A stretch of 64,000 nt of DNA from Candidatus Accumulibacter regalis (GTDB taxonomy: Bacteria; Pseudomonadota; Gammaproteobacteria; Burkholderiales; Rhodocyclaceae): assembly GCA_000585075.1 (NCBI GenBank), contig JEMY01000029.1, positions 2,616 to 66,615 on the forward strand, read 5' to 3'. Positions 11,883 through 21,897 of this stretch are shown one piece after another. The notes below the pieces were generated by a model. That model had not been told where the DNA came from, did no database searches, and saw only the letters and a program-made list of their open reading frames with translations. Position 1 is the first letter of the stretch; each line of letters opens with the position of its first letter. Both the position numbers and the translations under genes were made by a program.

Positions 11883-12614
11883 ATGAACGCGGTCGACCTC
11901 TTTCGCGATCAGGCAAGCCGCGAGCAATTGGCCGCCAACGATCTGGCGGGCTTTGGCGCACTGTGGTCTCTGGATACCGACTGGCACGAGGCTCCCAATG
12001 AACGGCGCGGCGGCTGGAGCGGCGTCAGTCGGCACCTTTTGCGCGACGGCAGCGCCATCTTCCTCAAGCGACAGGACAACCATCTCTGCCGGACGTTGCG
12101 CCATCCGCTCCGCGGCATCCCGACCTTCTATCGCGAATACCGCAACATCCGGCGCCTAGACCAGCACCGGATCGGTACGCTCGAGGCCCTCTATTATGGC
12201 CACCGGCAGGAACCCGGTCACTGGCAGGCAATCCTCGTCACCCGCGCACTCGACAGCTTCAGCAGCCTCGACGAGTGGAATGTCGCGCATGCGGACAGCG
12301 GCCAGGGGCAGCGCCAATCGCTGATTACGGCCGTTGCCCAGGCCTGCGCGCGCCTGCATCATCACCGCCTGCAGCACAGCTGTCTGTACGGCAAACATAT
12401 CTTTGTGCCGCGTGCGGCGAAGCTGGGCACCGCCTACCAGGAAAGCGACATCCGCTTCATCGACCTGGAAAAACTACGCCAGGGGATCAGCCGCGGGCGT
12501 GTCGGTGCGCACGATCTTGACCAGTTGATGCGCCATACCGAAGGCTGGAGTGCCGCCGAACGCAGCGCTTTCCACGCCGCGTACCGGCAACGGCGCGACG
12601 CCCTGAAGCGCTAG
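11883..12614 (+). CDS. InaA/Kdo-WaaP-family lipopolysaccharide kinase-like protein
   Basis: PNERRGGWSGV, FLKRQ, HSCLYGKHIF catalytic-loop variant, IDLEK. Confidence 0.82.
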   Translation: MNAVDLFRDQASREQLAANDLAGFGALWSLDTDWHEAPNERRGGWSGVSRHLLRDGSAIFLKRQDNHLCRTLRHPLRGIPTFYREYRNIRRLDQHRIGTLEALYYGHRQEPGHWQAILVTRALDSFSSLDEWNVAHADSGQGQRQSLITAVAQACARLHHHRLQHSCLYGKHIFVPRAAKLGTAYQESDIRFIDLEKLRQGISRGRVGAHDLDQLMRHTEGWSAAERSAFHAAYRQRRDALKR

Positions 12615-13822
12615 CTCGCCGTGCCGGGCTGGGGAAGCGCCGCTTCCCTGATCGGCAGGTTCAGCAACGCCGCCACCGCCGCCAGGGCAATGTCGGCATA
12701 CCACATCCAGCTGTAGTCGCCGAACTGCGTCAGCGCAAGGCCACCAAGATAGGCGCCGAAAAAACCACCGACCTGGTGCGAGAGCAGAGTCATGCCGAAC
12801 AGCGTTCCGAGGTAGCGCACGCCGAATAGCTTGCCGACGATCGCTGCCGTCGGGGGCACCGTGGCCAGCCAGGTGAAACCCAGTCCAGCGGCAAAAATGT
12901 AGAAGGTCAGGTCGGTCTTCGGTGCCAGCAGGTAGATGGCAATCATCGCCGCACGCGAGGCATACATCCAGAACAGGACGTACTTGCTGCGGTAGCGGCC
13001 GATGCAGGCACCCGCGTAGAGGCTACCGAAGATATTGGTCAGGCCGATGATTGCCAGTGCCCAGCTGGCGACCGACGACGGCAGGCCGCAAAGGGCGACT
13101 TCGCCCGGCAAGTGCGTCACCAGAAAGGCGATGTGGAAGCCACAGCTGAAGAAGCCGAGATTGAGCAGCTGGTAACTGCCATCGCCGACGGCGCCGCGCA
13201 CGCTCTGCCACAAACCCGCTTCGCCGGCGGGCGCCGACGGCTTTTCAACCGGTCGCGACACCACCCGGACCAGCGGCGTCGCCGCCAGAGTCATCACCGC
13301 CAGTGACCACATCGCCCCCATCCAGCCGAACATCTGAATCAAGGCCTGCAGGAGGGGGGCAAAAACGAACTGCCCGAACGATCCGCCCGCATTGATTACC
13401 CCGGAAGCTGCCGCCCGCGCCGCTGGCGGCAGCCGCTGGCTCGAAGCCCCGATCAGAACCGAGAAGCTGCCGGCACCGGAGCCGATCGCCGAGAACAGGC
13501 CGAGCGACACGACCAGACCGGCGGTGCTGCTCATGAAGGGGGTAATCGCGCTGCCAAAAGCGAGGAGCAGCAGCCCGCCGAACAGCACCCGCCCCGGCCC
13601 GTAACGGTCAGCCACTGCGCCGGCGAGTGGCTGAATGGCGCCCCAGGTAAATTGCCCGACGGCCATCGCCAGACTGATCGAGACGACGCCCAGGCCAGTG
13701 CTGGTATTCAACGGCGAGAGGAAAAGCCCGAGCGATTGCCGGGCGCCCATGGTGACCATCAGGATGCCGGCAGCCGACAGGGTGACCGCCCACAAGGCAG
13801 GTTGATTGAGAGTGCGGAACAT
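12611..13822 (-). CDS. MFS transporter
   Basis: About 12 hydrophobic segments and motif A (GAVADRYGPGR); convergent stop overlap with the kinase gene. Confidence 0.88.
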   Translation of the reverse strand: MFRTLNQPALWAVTLSAAGILMVTMGARQSLGLFLSPLNTSTGLGVVSISLAMAVGQFTWGAIQPLAGAVADRYGPGRVLFGGLLLLAFGSAITPFMSSTAGLVVSLGLFSAIGSGAGSFSVLIGASSQRLPPAARAAASGVINAGGSFGQFVFAPLLQALIQMFGWMGAMWSLAVMTLAATPLVRVVSRPVEKPSAPAGEAGLWQSVRGAVGDGSYQLLNLGFFSCGFHIAFLVTHLPGEVALCGLPSSVASWALAIIGLTNIFGSLYAGACIGRYRSKYVLFWMYASRAAMIAIYLLAPKTDLTFYIFAAGLGFTWLATVPPTAAIVGKLFGVRYLGTLFGMTLLSHQVGGFFGAYLGGLALTQFGDYSWMWYADIALAAVAALLNLPIREAALPQPGTAS

Positions 13823-14050
13823 CGGGCGGCTCGCGATCTGGCGGACTGTCGTCCGGAAGCCCGGATTGTAGAACGAGTTGGCTCCCGTTCGGGTCGCCTT
13901 TGCCGACCCTGCCGGCAAGGGACGCGTCGACGGGCGAGGAGCGGGCTGGATCAGGACGGCAGCACGCAGTAAAACATGAAGGAGGAAGGAGGAAGCGAGG
14001 AAGCGAGGCCGGCGCGATCTGAAGCCCGCCCGAAAGAGCGCTCTTGCTGC

Positions 14051-14806
14051 CTACAGATTGCAGAAAAGCATGTCGAATTCGACTTCACTATCCGACTGAC
14101 GGGGTCGATGATCGCTGTCGGGACGAGTGAAGCGGATATTCAGTGCGTACTTGTTGGCGCTGATTTCGGGAATGTAGGGATCGTCGAGCTTCAGGGAAAT
14201 ACGCACCATCTGCGAGCTGCTCCCACCGAGCATCATCTGGAAAGCACCATTGGCAGCCACGTGATGTTCGGGACGGCCGCTCGCACGCAACAGACGTAGG
14301 ACGATTGCCAGGGCGTCTCGCAGGGGCAGCATCGGCTGTAGCCAGCCAAGCAGCGCCTCACGCCGCGCGCCAGGCTCCTGGTGCCGCCAGTAGTGGTAGG
14401 ACGGCAGATCGAACTGGCAGACCCCACCGGGAATGCTGGCCCGACTCTTGATACTCATCAGCCAGTCGTTGTCGCGCAGGTGCTGGCCGATCTTTCCAGT
14501 CATGGCGAGCAGCGCCGCCGACGCCTGCTCGACTTCCTGGAGGGCGGCGTTGAGCGCTTGTTCTGAGATTTCCGGGTTGTTGCGAAAAGCGAGCAGACTC
14601 TGGCGCTGACGTTCCAGCTCCTGAATCAAGTCCATTTTCAGGTCGGCACGGCCCGAGACATCGAGAATCTCGAACAGGGTCAGCAGCGCGACGTGGTGCT
14701 CATGCGAGCCGTCACGCTGCATGAAGCTGCCAACCTTCTGGAACAAATCCTCCAGACGCAACAGGGTGCGTATGCGTTCATTGAAAGGATATTCGTAGGT
14801 AATCAC
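14051..14806 (-). CDS. zapD: Cell division protein ZapD
   Basis: ITYEYPFNERIRTLLRLEDLF, PGGVCQFDLP, YIPEISANKY. Confidence 0.94.
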   Translation of the reverse strand: MITYEYPFNERIRTLLRLEDLFQKVGSFMQRDGSHEHHVALLTLFEILDVSGRADLKMDLIQELERQRQSLLAFRNNPEISEQALNAALQEVEQASAALLAMTGKIGQHLRDNDWLMSIKSRASIPGGVCQFDLPSYHYWRHQEPGARREALLGWLQPMLPLRDALAIVLRLLRASGRPEHHVAANGAFQMMLGGSSSQMVRISLKLDDPYIPEISANKYALNIRFTRPDSDHRPRQSDSEVEFDMLFCNL

Positions 14807-14866
14807 ACTTCCGCCAGCGTCAGAAACGGGAATTTTCGATAATTCTGAAGCATTTGCAACAAAACC

Positions 14867-15490
14867 TCAACGCCCAGCATGAAGTTTGGCACTGGCCAGC
14901 TGCAGATAGCGCTGGTGCAGGACTTCGATCTGAGGACGCAAGGCGTCGAGTCCGCCATCGTTGTGCAACACGTCGTCGGCCGCCGCTCGCCGCTCGGCAC
15001 GCGTCGCCTGTGCGGCCATGATCGCCTGCACGGCCTCGACGGCCAGGCCGTTGCGCGCCGTAACCCGGGAAATCTGCAGAGCTTCGGGGCAATCGACCAC
15101 CAGCACCCGATCAGCGCGCCGACGATAGCTCGCCGTTTCGATCAGCAAGGGCACCACCAACATTACGTACGGGGCGTTCTCGGCGGCGGCACAGCACGCG
15201 TCGCTGCGCAGGCGAATCAGCGGATGCAGGATCGCTTCCAGCGTCTCCTTGGCGAGCGGATCGGCGAACACGAGACGGCGCATCGCAGTGCGATCGAGAC
15301 CGCCGTCAGCACGCAGCACAGCGTCACCGAAGGCCGCCTCGATCGCCGGCATTGCCGCACCCTGCGGGCCACTCAGCTCATGGGCGATGGCGTCGGTATC
15401 GACCAGCGCCACGCCACGCGCCGCGAAGAGCTCAGCCACCGTACTCTTGCCACTGCCAATGCCTCCGGTCAAACCAACGACAAAACTCAT
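14867..15490 (-). CDS. coaE: Dephospho-CoA kinase
   Basis: VGLTGGIGSGKS, LEAILHP, VPLLIE. Confidence 0.96.
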   Translation of the reverse strand: MSFVVGLTGGIGSGKSTVAELFAARGVALVDTDAIAHELSGPQGAAMPAIEAAFGDAVLRADGGLDRTAMRRLVFADPLAKETLEAILHPLIRLRSDACCAAAENAPYVMLVVPLLIETASYRRRADRVLVVDCPEALQISRVTARNGLAVEAVQAIMAAQATRAERRAAADDVLHNDGGLDALRPQIEVLHQRYLQLASAKLHAGR

Positions 15491-16185
15491 TGCGTCACCT
15501 CAGCCGGCGCGGGACAGGGGGCAGCGCCGGCCTTCGGCAGCAGCGCGACAACCGCCCGCCGCAAGGCGTCCAGCTCGACCGCAGGACCATGGACTTCAAG
15601 CTCGGTAAGCGCCACCTCACTCCGGCGCTCGCCGACGCGGGCCGAGCGCACCCCTCTGGCGCGCAGCGCTTCGAGGCGCGCCTTGGCGGCGTCCTCGTTG
15701 CGATAGGTTCCCAGCGAAATCGCCAGCGGGCTGGGGCCGCTGCTCGAAACGATGAAATAGTCCTTCACACCGAGCTCCTGCAACTCGACGACTTTCCGGT
15801 TGGCTTCCTCCCTGCTGGCCAGCGGCGGAATGAAAACCCAGTAACCAGTGATCTCGCCAACCGTATTGCGTTTCACCTTCAGCGCCGCAAATCGATCCGC
15901 CAGCAGACGCTCGACCTGGTCGGCATCGCCAGCGACCAGCTGGCTCCACCGCTGACAGCTTTCGACGGGCTTCTTGTCCCCCCCATTGTCGAGCACTTTC
16001 TCGGCGTCCGCTTTCTTGCTCGTTGGCCGGGGCGGTTCGCCACGCGAGACGATGCTCACACGCTCCGGCACGAGTTGCTGCGCAAGGCGCCGCGCGTCAG
16101 GGTTGTCCGACGCGCCCAGGTAACCCTGCGTCCACACGAACAACAGAAGGTTGGCGAGCAGGAGCAGGAAAACGGTGATTCGCAT
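15487..16185 (-). CDS. SPOR-domain membrane-anchored protein
   Basis: N-terminal anchor (LLLLANLLLF) and YWVFIPP...ISLGTYRNEDAA SPOR-like repeat; an alternative ATG at 16197 overlaps the upstream stop. Confidence 0.8.
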   Translation of the reverse strand: MRITVFLLLLANLLLFVWTQGYLGASDNPDARRLAQQLVPERVSIVSRGEPPRPTSKKADAEKVLDNGGDKKPVESCQRWSQLVAGDADQVERLLADRFAALKVKRNTVGEITGYWVFIPPLASREEANRKVVELQELGVKDYFIVSSSGPSPLAISLGTYRNEDAAKARLEALRARGVRSARVGERRSEVALTELEVHGPAVELDALRRAVVALLPKAGAAPCPAPAEVTQ

Positions 16186-16193
16186 CGAAATGA

Positions 16194-17558
16194 TCATCCG
16201 ACCTTGGGCAGGTTTTCTAGCGAAGCACGTATGGCCTCCGCCGGATATTCGAAATCATCGAGTTCGCCGGCGAAATACCGGTCGTAGGCTGCCATGTCGA
16301 AATGCCCGTGACCCGTTAGATTGACAAGAATCGTTTTCGCCTCGCCACTGCGTTTGCAACGCAAAGCCTCGTCGATCGCCGCCCGCAGCGCGTGATTGGA
16401 CTCGGGCGCCGGAATGATTCCCTCGGCACGAGAAAACATGACGCCGGCTTCAAAAGTGGCAAGCTGCGCGACCGCGACCGCCTCAATCAAGCCCTCGTGG
16501 TAGAGCTGCGAGACCAGCGGCGAGTCACCATGGTACCGCAATCCACCGGCATGAATCCCCGGGGGCATGAAGTCATGCCCGAGGGTGTACATCTTCATCA
16601 AGGGCGTAAAGCCCGAGGCATCGCCAAAGTCATAGGCGTAGGCGCCACGCGTCAAGGTCGGGCACGAGGTCGGCTCGACGGCGACCAGCCTGGTCGGTCG
16701 ACCGTTCCGGCCACCGGCGGCGTTGTCGGCGATGAACGGAAATGCCAGCCCGGCGAACGACGAACCGCCACCACAGGGTGCAAAAATGACGTCCGGCCAG
16801 TCGGCGACCTTCTCGAACTGCTTCTTCGCTTCCTGACCAATGATCGTCTGATGCAGCGCCACGTGATTGAGCACCGAGCCGAGCGCGTAACTGGTATCCG
16901 CGCGCCCGGCGGCGTCTTCGACGGCCTCGGAAATGGCAATTCCGAGCGAGCCCTGGTTGTCTGGATCGCTCGCCAGCAGATCACGCCCAGTCTGTGTCAT
17001 TGGCGATGGGCTAGCGAACACCTCGGCACCCCAGGTCTGCATCATCGAACGCCGGTAGGGCTTCTGCTGGAAGCTGACCTTGACCATGTAGACGCGTACG
17101 TCAAGGCCAAACATCTGGCCGGCAAAAGCCATCGAGCAACCCCACTGGCCAGCCCCGGTCTCGGTAGTGATCCGTTTTATCCCCGCCTGCTGGTTGTAAA
17201 AAGCCTGTGCTACGGCGGTGTTTGGCTTGTGCGAACCGGCGGGTGAAACACCCTCGTACTTGTAATAGATCCGCGCCGGCGTGGCGAGCAGCTCTTCGAG
17301 CCGCCGAGCGCGGATCAAGGGTGACGGACGCCACAGCCGGTAGACTTCGCGCACCGGCTCGGGGATCGGAATCCAGCGCTCACCCGACATTTCCTGCTCG
17401 ATGATCGCCGCCGGAAATATCGCCCCCATCTGCTCCGGCGAAACCGGCTCGCCGTCCGCAGCGAGCGGCGGCAGCGGCGGCGTCGGCAGGTCGGCGACGA
17501 CGTTGTACCAGTGCGTCGGAATTTCGGACTGATCGAGGGTAATGCGCAGCGATTCCAC
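16194..17558 (-). CDS. TrpB-like PLP enzyme (type-2 tryptophan synthase beta subunit, TrpB2)
   Basis: [41 protein letters not shown]; GTG start with GGGAGG RBS. Confidence 0.92.
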   Translation of the reverse strand: MESLRITLDQSEIPTHWYNVVADLPTPPLPPLAADGEPVSPEQMGAIFPAAIIEQEMSGERWIPIPEPVREVYRLWRPSPLIRARRLEELLATPARIYYKYEGVSPAGSHKPNTAVAQAFYNQQAGIKRITTETGAGQWGCSMAFAGQMFGLDVRVYMVKVSFQQKPYRRSMMQTWGAEVFASPSPMTQTGRDLLASDPDNQGSLGIAISEAVEDAAGRADTSYALGSVLNHVALHQTIIGQEAKKQFEKVADWPDVIFAPCGGGSSFAGLAFPFIADNAAGGRNGRPTRLVAVEPTSCPTLTRGAYAYDFGDASGFTPLMKMYTLGHDFMPPGIHAGGLRYHGDSPLVSQLYHEGLIEAVAVAQLATFEAGVMFSRAEGIIPAPESNHALRAAIDEALRCKRSGEAKTILVNLTGHGHFDMAAYDRYFAGELDDFEYPAEAIRASLENLPKVG

Positions 17559-17789
17559 GAAACCTCCCGGCATTCTTCTTGTTGAGCGAATCCGCGGAGT
17601 ATACCCCGGGACACCCCTACTGATCACCACCGCCGAATACGGAGCGGCGCCGCAAAAGGCACCGGAAGGTCGGTGTTACGGGCTGCGCAAGACCGCTCTC
17701 GCCTGAAAAACGAGGCGCTGGAATCTGTCACCGGCGGGTGTGCGCCCGTGCCGGCCACGGGCAAGGAGCGTTGGCCAAGCGGCACGGCA

Positions 17790-18281
17790 TCACCCGCCGG
17801 CCGGCGCAAAGTTGGTACTGGTCCTGGTGACCACCCCGTCGTTGTTGAAATGGACGTTGAAGTACCAGGTCATCCCCGGCTCGACCTTGGTCTTCCAGTC
17901 CCACACCTTTTCCTGTTTCAGCGAGAAGTAAAGCTCGTGCGCCGGTCGACCGAGCAGGTAACGCACTTCGTCGCTGCTCATGCCCGGGCGAACCTTGGCG
18001 AAGTTTTCCTCGGTGAGCACCTGACGCACCTCGCGCAGCAACTTGTCGGGCCCGATGACCAGCATGTAGTTGACGACTCCCTCGGGCGTACGCGGATACT
18101 CCCAGATACGCGTGCCGTCGGCTTCTACCCACTCCAGAGTGGGTTCGCCCATCAGTTTGCGCACTTCATCGGCACTGCTGACGCCGGGTTTGAGTTTGCT
18201 CAGCCGGTCCGCATCGCAGGCCGAGAAGGCAAGTGCGGCCAGTCCGGAAAGCAGGAGACCGGCGAAGAGTTTCATCGACAT
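17790..18281 (-). CDS. Lipoprotein with two BamE/SmpA-like domains
   Basis: Lipobox AFSA-C; repeated LKPGVSSADEVRKLMGEP and VRPGMSSDEVRYLLGRP. Confidence 0.75.
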   Translation of the reverse strand: MSMKLFAGLLLSGLAALAFSACDADRLSKLKPGVSSADEVRKLMGEPTLEWVEADGTRIWEYPRTPEGVVNYMLVIGPDKLLREVRQVLTEENFAKVRPGMSSDEVRYLLGRPAHELYFSLKQEKVWDWKTKVEPGMTWYFNVHFNNDGVVTRTSTNFAPAGG

Positions 18282-18488
18282 GTTTTACCGCGCTCCACTG
18301 ACTGCGACTAGAATCGGTTCCGCGAAGCCGCGAGTATAGACGACCCGACAGCAAGGAGCCCCTGTGAGCCCGATCGAACCCGCAGGTATTGCCCGCAAGG
18401 CAGCGCAGCCGGCGAGCAAATGCGGACGCCGTGCAGAGCTCGGGAACCGGCGACGGCGTCTATCGGCAGAAGCCATAGAAGGCACTGC

Positions 18489-19796
18489 ATGTCGTCGCGA
18501 GGATCGCCCTTGAACGCTGGCCAGCGCGGCTATCCGCCCGCCGCCGTCGCCTGGAGCGTATGGGGGCTGGGCGCCCTCCTCTATCTGGTCGGCTTCTACC
18601 AGCGTGTCGCCCCGGCGGTGATGACCGACCAGCTGATGATCGACTTCTCGATCGGAGCGACCGAACTCGGCAATCTCTCGGCCTTTTATTTCTACTCGTA
18701 CGTGGCGATGCAGATCCCGACCGGGATCCTTGCCGACCGCTGGGGGCCCCGCCGTCTGCTGAGCGCGGGCGCGTTCGTCGCGGCAATCGGCAGCGCGCTC
18801 TTTGCCAGCGCTCCCGATCTGTGGTGGGCAAACGGCGGACGTCTGCTGATCGGGGCCTCGGTCGCCGTTGCCTTCGTCTCGATGCTCAAGCTGGCCAGCC
18901 ATTGGTTCGCGGCGCAGCAATTCGCCCTCGCCTCCGGACTGGCGCTGGTCTTTGGCGTCGTCGGCGGAGTGATTGCCGGCGTCCCTCTGCGCATGCTCAT
19001 CGAAGCCTGGGGCTGGCGCTCGGTGATGGGCGTCTCGGCGGCGCTGACCGCACTGCTGGCCATCGCCATCTGGCTGCGCGTGCGCGACGACCCGGCCGAC
19101 TGGGCTTACGAAAGCCACGCGCAGGCGGCGCACGGCAGCGGGCAGCACGGTTCGATCCTGCGCGGGATGGCCGAAGTGCTCTCCTACCGCAACACCTGGA
19201 TTCTGCTGATTACGCCGATTGGCATTGCCGGATCGGTCCTCACCTTCGCCGGTCTGTGGGGCGTACCCTTTCTGCGCCAGGTGCATGGCCTCGATACCCG
19301 CACCGCGGCGGCGATTACGTCGCTGCTGCTGATCGCCTGGGCGGTCGGAGGACCGCTCCTCGGCACCCTGTCCCAGCGCATGGGCCGCCGCCGACCGCTC
19401 TATGTGTGGACGACCGCGGCGGCACTCGCCGGCTGGCTGGTGGTCATCTACGCGCCGCTACCGATGTGGTTGTTGATCGTCACCCTGCTGTTCACCGGGC
19501 TGGTCTCCGGCAACCTGATCATCGGCTTCGCTTTCGCCAAGGAATCGGTGCCGGCGCGCCTGACGGGAACCGCTTCGGGGATCTGCAACATGGGGCCGCT
19601 GCTCGGCGGCATGTTGCTGCAGCCGGCCGTTGGCTGGCTGCTCGACGACAACTGGCTGGGAGCGACGGAGGGTGGCGCCCGGATTTATGATGCCACCGCG
19701 TATCAGACCGGCTTCAGCCTGATGGCCGGCTGCCTGGTGGTTTCGCTGTGCCTGATCCCGTTTGCCAAGGAAACCTACGCCAGGCAGACGCCCTGA
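18489..19796 (+). CDS. MFS transporter
   Basis: GILADRWGPRR motif A and about 12 TM segments. Confidence 0.88.
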   Translation: MSSRGSPLNAGQRGYPPAAVAWSVWGLGALLYLVGFYQRVAPAVMTDQLMIDFSIGATELGNLSAFYFYSYVAMQIPTGILADRWGPRRLLSAGAFVAAIGSALFASAPDLWWANGGRLLIGASVAVAFVSMLKLASHWFAAQQFALASGLALVFGVVGGVIAGVPLRMLIEAWGWRSVMGVSAALTALLAIAIWLRVRDDPADWAYESHAQAAHGSGQHGSILRGMAEVLSYRNTWILLITPIGIAGSVLTFAGLWGVPFLRQVHGLDTRTAAAITSLLLIAWAVGGPLLGTLSQRMGRRRPLYVWTTAAALAGWLVVIYAPLPMWLLIVTLLFTGLVSGNLIIGFAFAKESVPARLTGTASGICNMGPLLGGMLLQPAVGWLLDDNWLGATEGGARIYDATAYQTGFSLMAGCLVVSLCLIPFAKETYARQTP

Positions 19797-19817
19797 TTTC
19801 GCCGCGGCGCAGGCACT

Positions 19818-21323
19818 TCAATCTCTTGTGATGCGGCGGTACTGCACGGCTTCGGCAACATGCTGCGCCGCGACGGTCGAACTGCCGCTCAGGTCGGCAA
19901 TGCTGCGGGCGACCTTGAGCAGGCGATGGTAGGCACGGGCGGAGAGATCGAAGCGACTGATCGCGTGTTTCAGAAGGGCCGCAGCGGCCGCTTCGGGCGC
20001 GCACCAATGGTCGATTTCCCGGGTCTCCAAGCGCGCGTTGGCCTTGCCCTGACGCCTGATCTGTGTTCCGCGCGCCAGCACGACGCGGGAACGCACCACC
20101 GCCGACGCCTCGCCATCAGCCGGCTGTTGCAGCGCTTCGGCGGGCAAGGCGGGAACCTCGATCTGCAAGTCGATGCGGTCGAGCAGGGGACCCGAGAGCC
20201 GACTCCGATAGCGCCGCACCTGCTCCGGCGTGCACCGGCAGCGGCCAGCCGGGTCGCCGTGATAGCCACAGGGGCAGGGATTCATCGCGGCAACCAGCTG
20301 AAACTGGGCTGGAAACTCCGCCTGTCGCGCGGCGCGCGAGATGTGGATGCGGCCGCTATCGAGCGGCTCGCGCAGCGCCTCGAGCACGCGCCGGTCGAAC
20401 TCGGGGATTTCGTCGAGAAAGAGTACGCCCTGATGCGCCAGTGATATCTCGCCGGGACGCGGCACACTGCCGCCGCCGACCAGCGCCGCCGACGAAGCGG
20501 TGTGATGTGGCGCCCGATAGGGATGGCGGCGGAAGAACTCGGGGCGAAACTGCCCGGCCAGGGACAATACGGCCGCCGACTCCAGCGCCGCTGACAGGGT
20601 CATCGGCGGCAGCAAGCCCGGCAGGCGGCTGGCGAGCATCGACTTGCCGGTACCCGGCGGGCCGGCGAGCAGGATCGAATGCCCGCCCGCTGCGGCAATT
20701 TCGAGCGCGCGCTTGGCCTGCGCCTGACCACGCACATCGGCGAGATCGGGATAATCGTCGCCGCTGTCGTCCTCGCGGCTGTCGTCTGCGCGCAGGCATT
20801 CGGCCAAGGCACCCTGTCCGGTCAGGTGACCACAAACCTCGAGCAGGGTATTGGCGGCAAGGACCCGCACCTGGCGGGCGAGCGCAGCCTCGCGCGCACT
20901 GCTCGCCGGCAGAACGAAGCTTCGTCCCCGGCTGCCGGCGGCAAGGACCATTGCCAGGGCGCCACGGATCGGCCGCAGCTCGCCCGAGAGCGACAGCTCG
21001 CCGGCGAATTCATGGTCAGCCAGCGCGGAGGCGGGAATCTGGCCTGTCGCCGCCAGGATGCCGAGCGCAATCGGCAAGTCGAAGCGGCCCGATTCCTTGG
21101 GCAGGTCAGCCGGCGCGAGATTGACCGTGATCCGTTTGCTGGGAAAGCTGAAGCCCGAGTTCTGCAGCGCCGCCCGCACCCGATCGCGCGCCTCTTTGAC
21201 CTCGGTATCGGGCAGGCCAACCAGCGTCACGCTCGGCAAGCCCCCCGCGAGATGCACTTCGACGGCCACTTCCGGGGCCGAAAGACCGTCCAGTCCGCGG
21301 CTGTGAACGATGGCCAGTGACAT
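19818..21323 (-). CDS. comM: YifB/ComM Mg-chelatase-like AAA+ ATPase
   Basis: NLAPADLPKESGRFDLP, GPPGTGKS, FLDEIPEF, AAMNPCPCG. Confidence 0.92.
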   Translation of the reverse strand: MSLAIVHSRGLDGLSAPEVAVEVHLAGGLPSVTLVGLPDTEVKEARDRVRAALQNSGFSFPSKRITVNLAPADLPKESGRFDLPIALGILAATGQIPASALADHEFAGELSLSGELRPIRGALAMVLAAGSRGRSFVLPASSAREAALARQVRVLAANTLLEVCGHLTGQGALAECLRADDSREDDSGDDYPDLADVRGQAQAKRALEIAAAGGHSILLAGPPGTGKSMLASRLPGLLPPMTLSAALESAAVLSLAGQFRPEFFRRHPYRAPHHTASSAALVGGGSVPRPGEISLAHQGVLFLDEIPEFDRRVLEALREPLDSGRIHISRAARQAEFPAQFQLVAAMNPCPCGYHGDPAGRCRCTPEQVRRYRSRLSGPLLDRIDLQIEVPALPAEALQQPADGEASAVVRSRVVLARGTQIRRQGKANARLETREIDHWCAPEAAAAALLKHAISRFDLSARAYHRLLKVARSIADLSGSSTVAAQHVAEAVQYRRITRD

Positions 21324-21399
21324 GGTCGCCGATCGTCAATGCGCGCCAGGGGCAGGGCGACGAAATGCAGTCAATCCGGTGGACCTGCCGCGCCCCCGC

Positions 21400-21654
21400 T
21401 CAGGCCGACGGGTCCGGCGGGTTTTCAAGCCGCTCCAGGGACTCCAGGCGCAGCTCGAGCGCCTTCAGCTTCTCGCGGGTGCGCTGCAGGACCTGCGTCT
21501 GGATATCGAACTCCTCGCGGCTGACCAGATCGAGCTTGCTGAAGAAGCTGGCAAGTAGCGAACGGGCGTTTTTTTCGATATCGGCAGCGGGACTGGCGGC
21601 GATGATGCCTCCCAGCCGGGCGCCAAGTTCTTCGAGAATTCTGGGGTCGAGCAT
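21400..21654 (-). CDS. ubiK: Ubiquinone biosynthesis accessory factor UbiK (BMFP family)
   Basis: LDLVSREEFDIQTQVLQRTREKL; conserved position between comM and glnK. Confidence 0.88.
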   Translation of the reverse strand: MLDPRILEELGARLGGIIAASPAADIEKNARSLLASFFSKLDLVSREEFDIQTQVLQRTREKLKALELRLESLERLENPPDPSA

Positions 21655-21724
21655 GGGAATCACCGGGACGCAGTTGGTTTCTGAGTGCGCCGAGTTTAGC
21701 ACAGGCGCGTCGCGCAACCGCGAA

Positions 21725-21741
21725 CGCACCATTACGGTGCA
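21725..21741. promoter_or_regulatory. NtrC-type enhancer site
   Basis: CGCACC-ATTAC-GGTGCA versus consensus TGCACC-N5-GGTGCA, about 95 nt upstream of the -24 box. Confidence 0.78.
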
Positions 21742-21835
21742 TCTCCTTGCCGGCGCCGCTCTATCGCAGTGCAGCAACCAATTCAGGGTGCCGAAGAGAT
21801 CCTTCATACCATTGATTAATCAACATAAAAAATCG

Positions 21836-21851
21836 TGGCACGGAAAATGCT
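21836..21851 (+). promoter_or_regulatory. Sigma54 (-24/-12) promoter of the glnK-amtB operon
   Basis: TGGCAC-GGAAA-ATGCT with correct GG-N10-GC spacing. Confidence 0.8.
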
Positions 21852-21897
21852 TGTACCTGGGCAGCAGTTCGTTTATTCCGTTGTTCAGGGCTCAAGC

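Noticed and set aside
21812-21823. TTGATTAATCAA as an FNR box
   Set aside because: FNR requires TTGAT-N4-ATCAA; the spacer here is 2 nt
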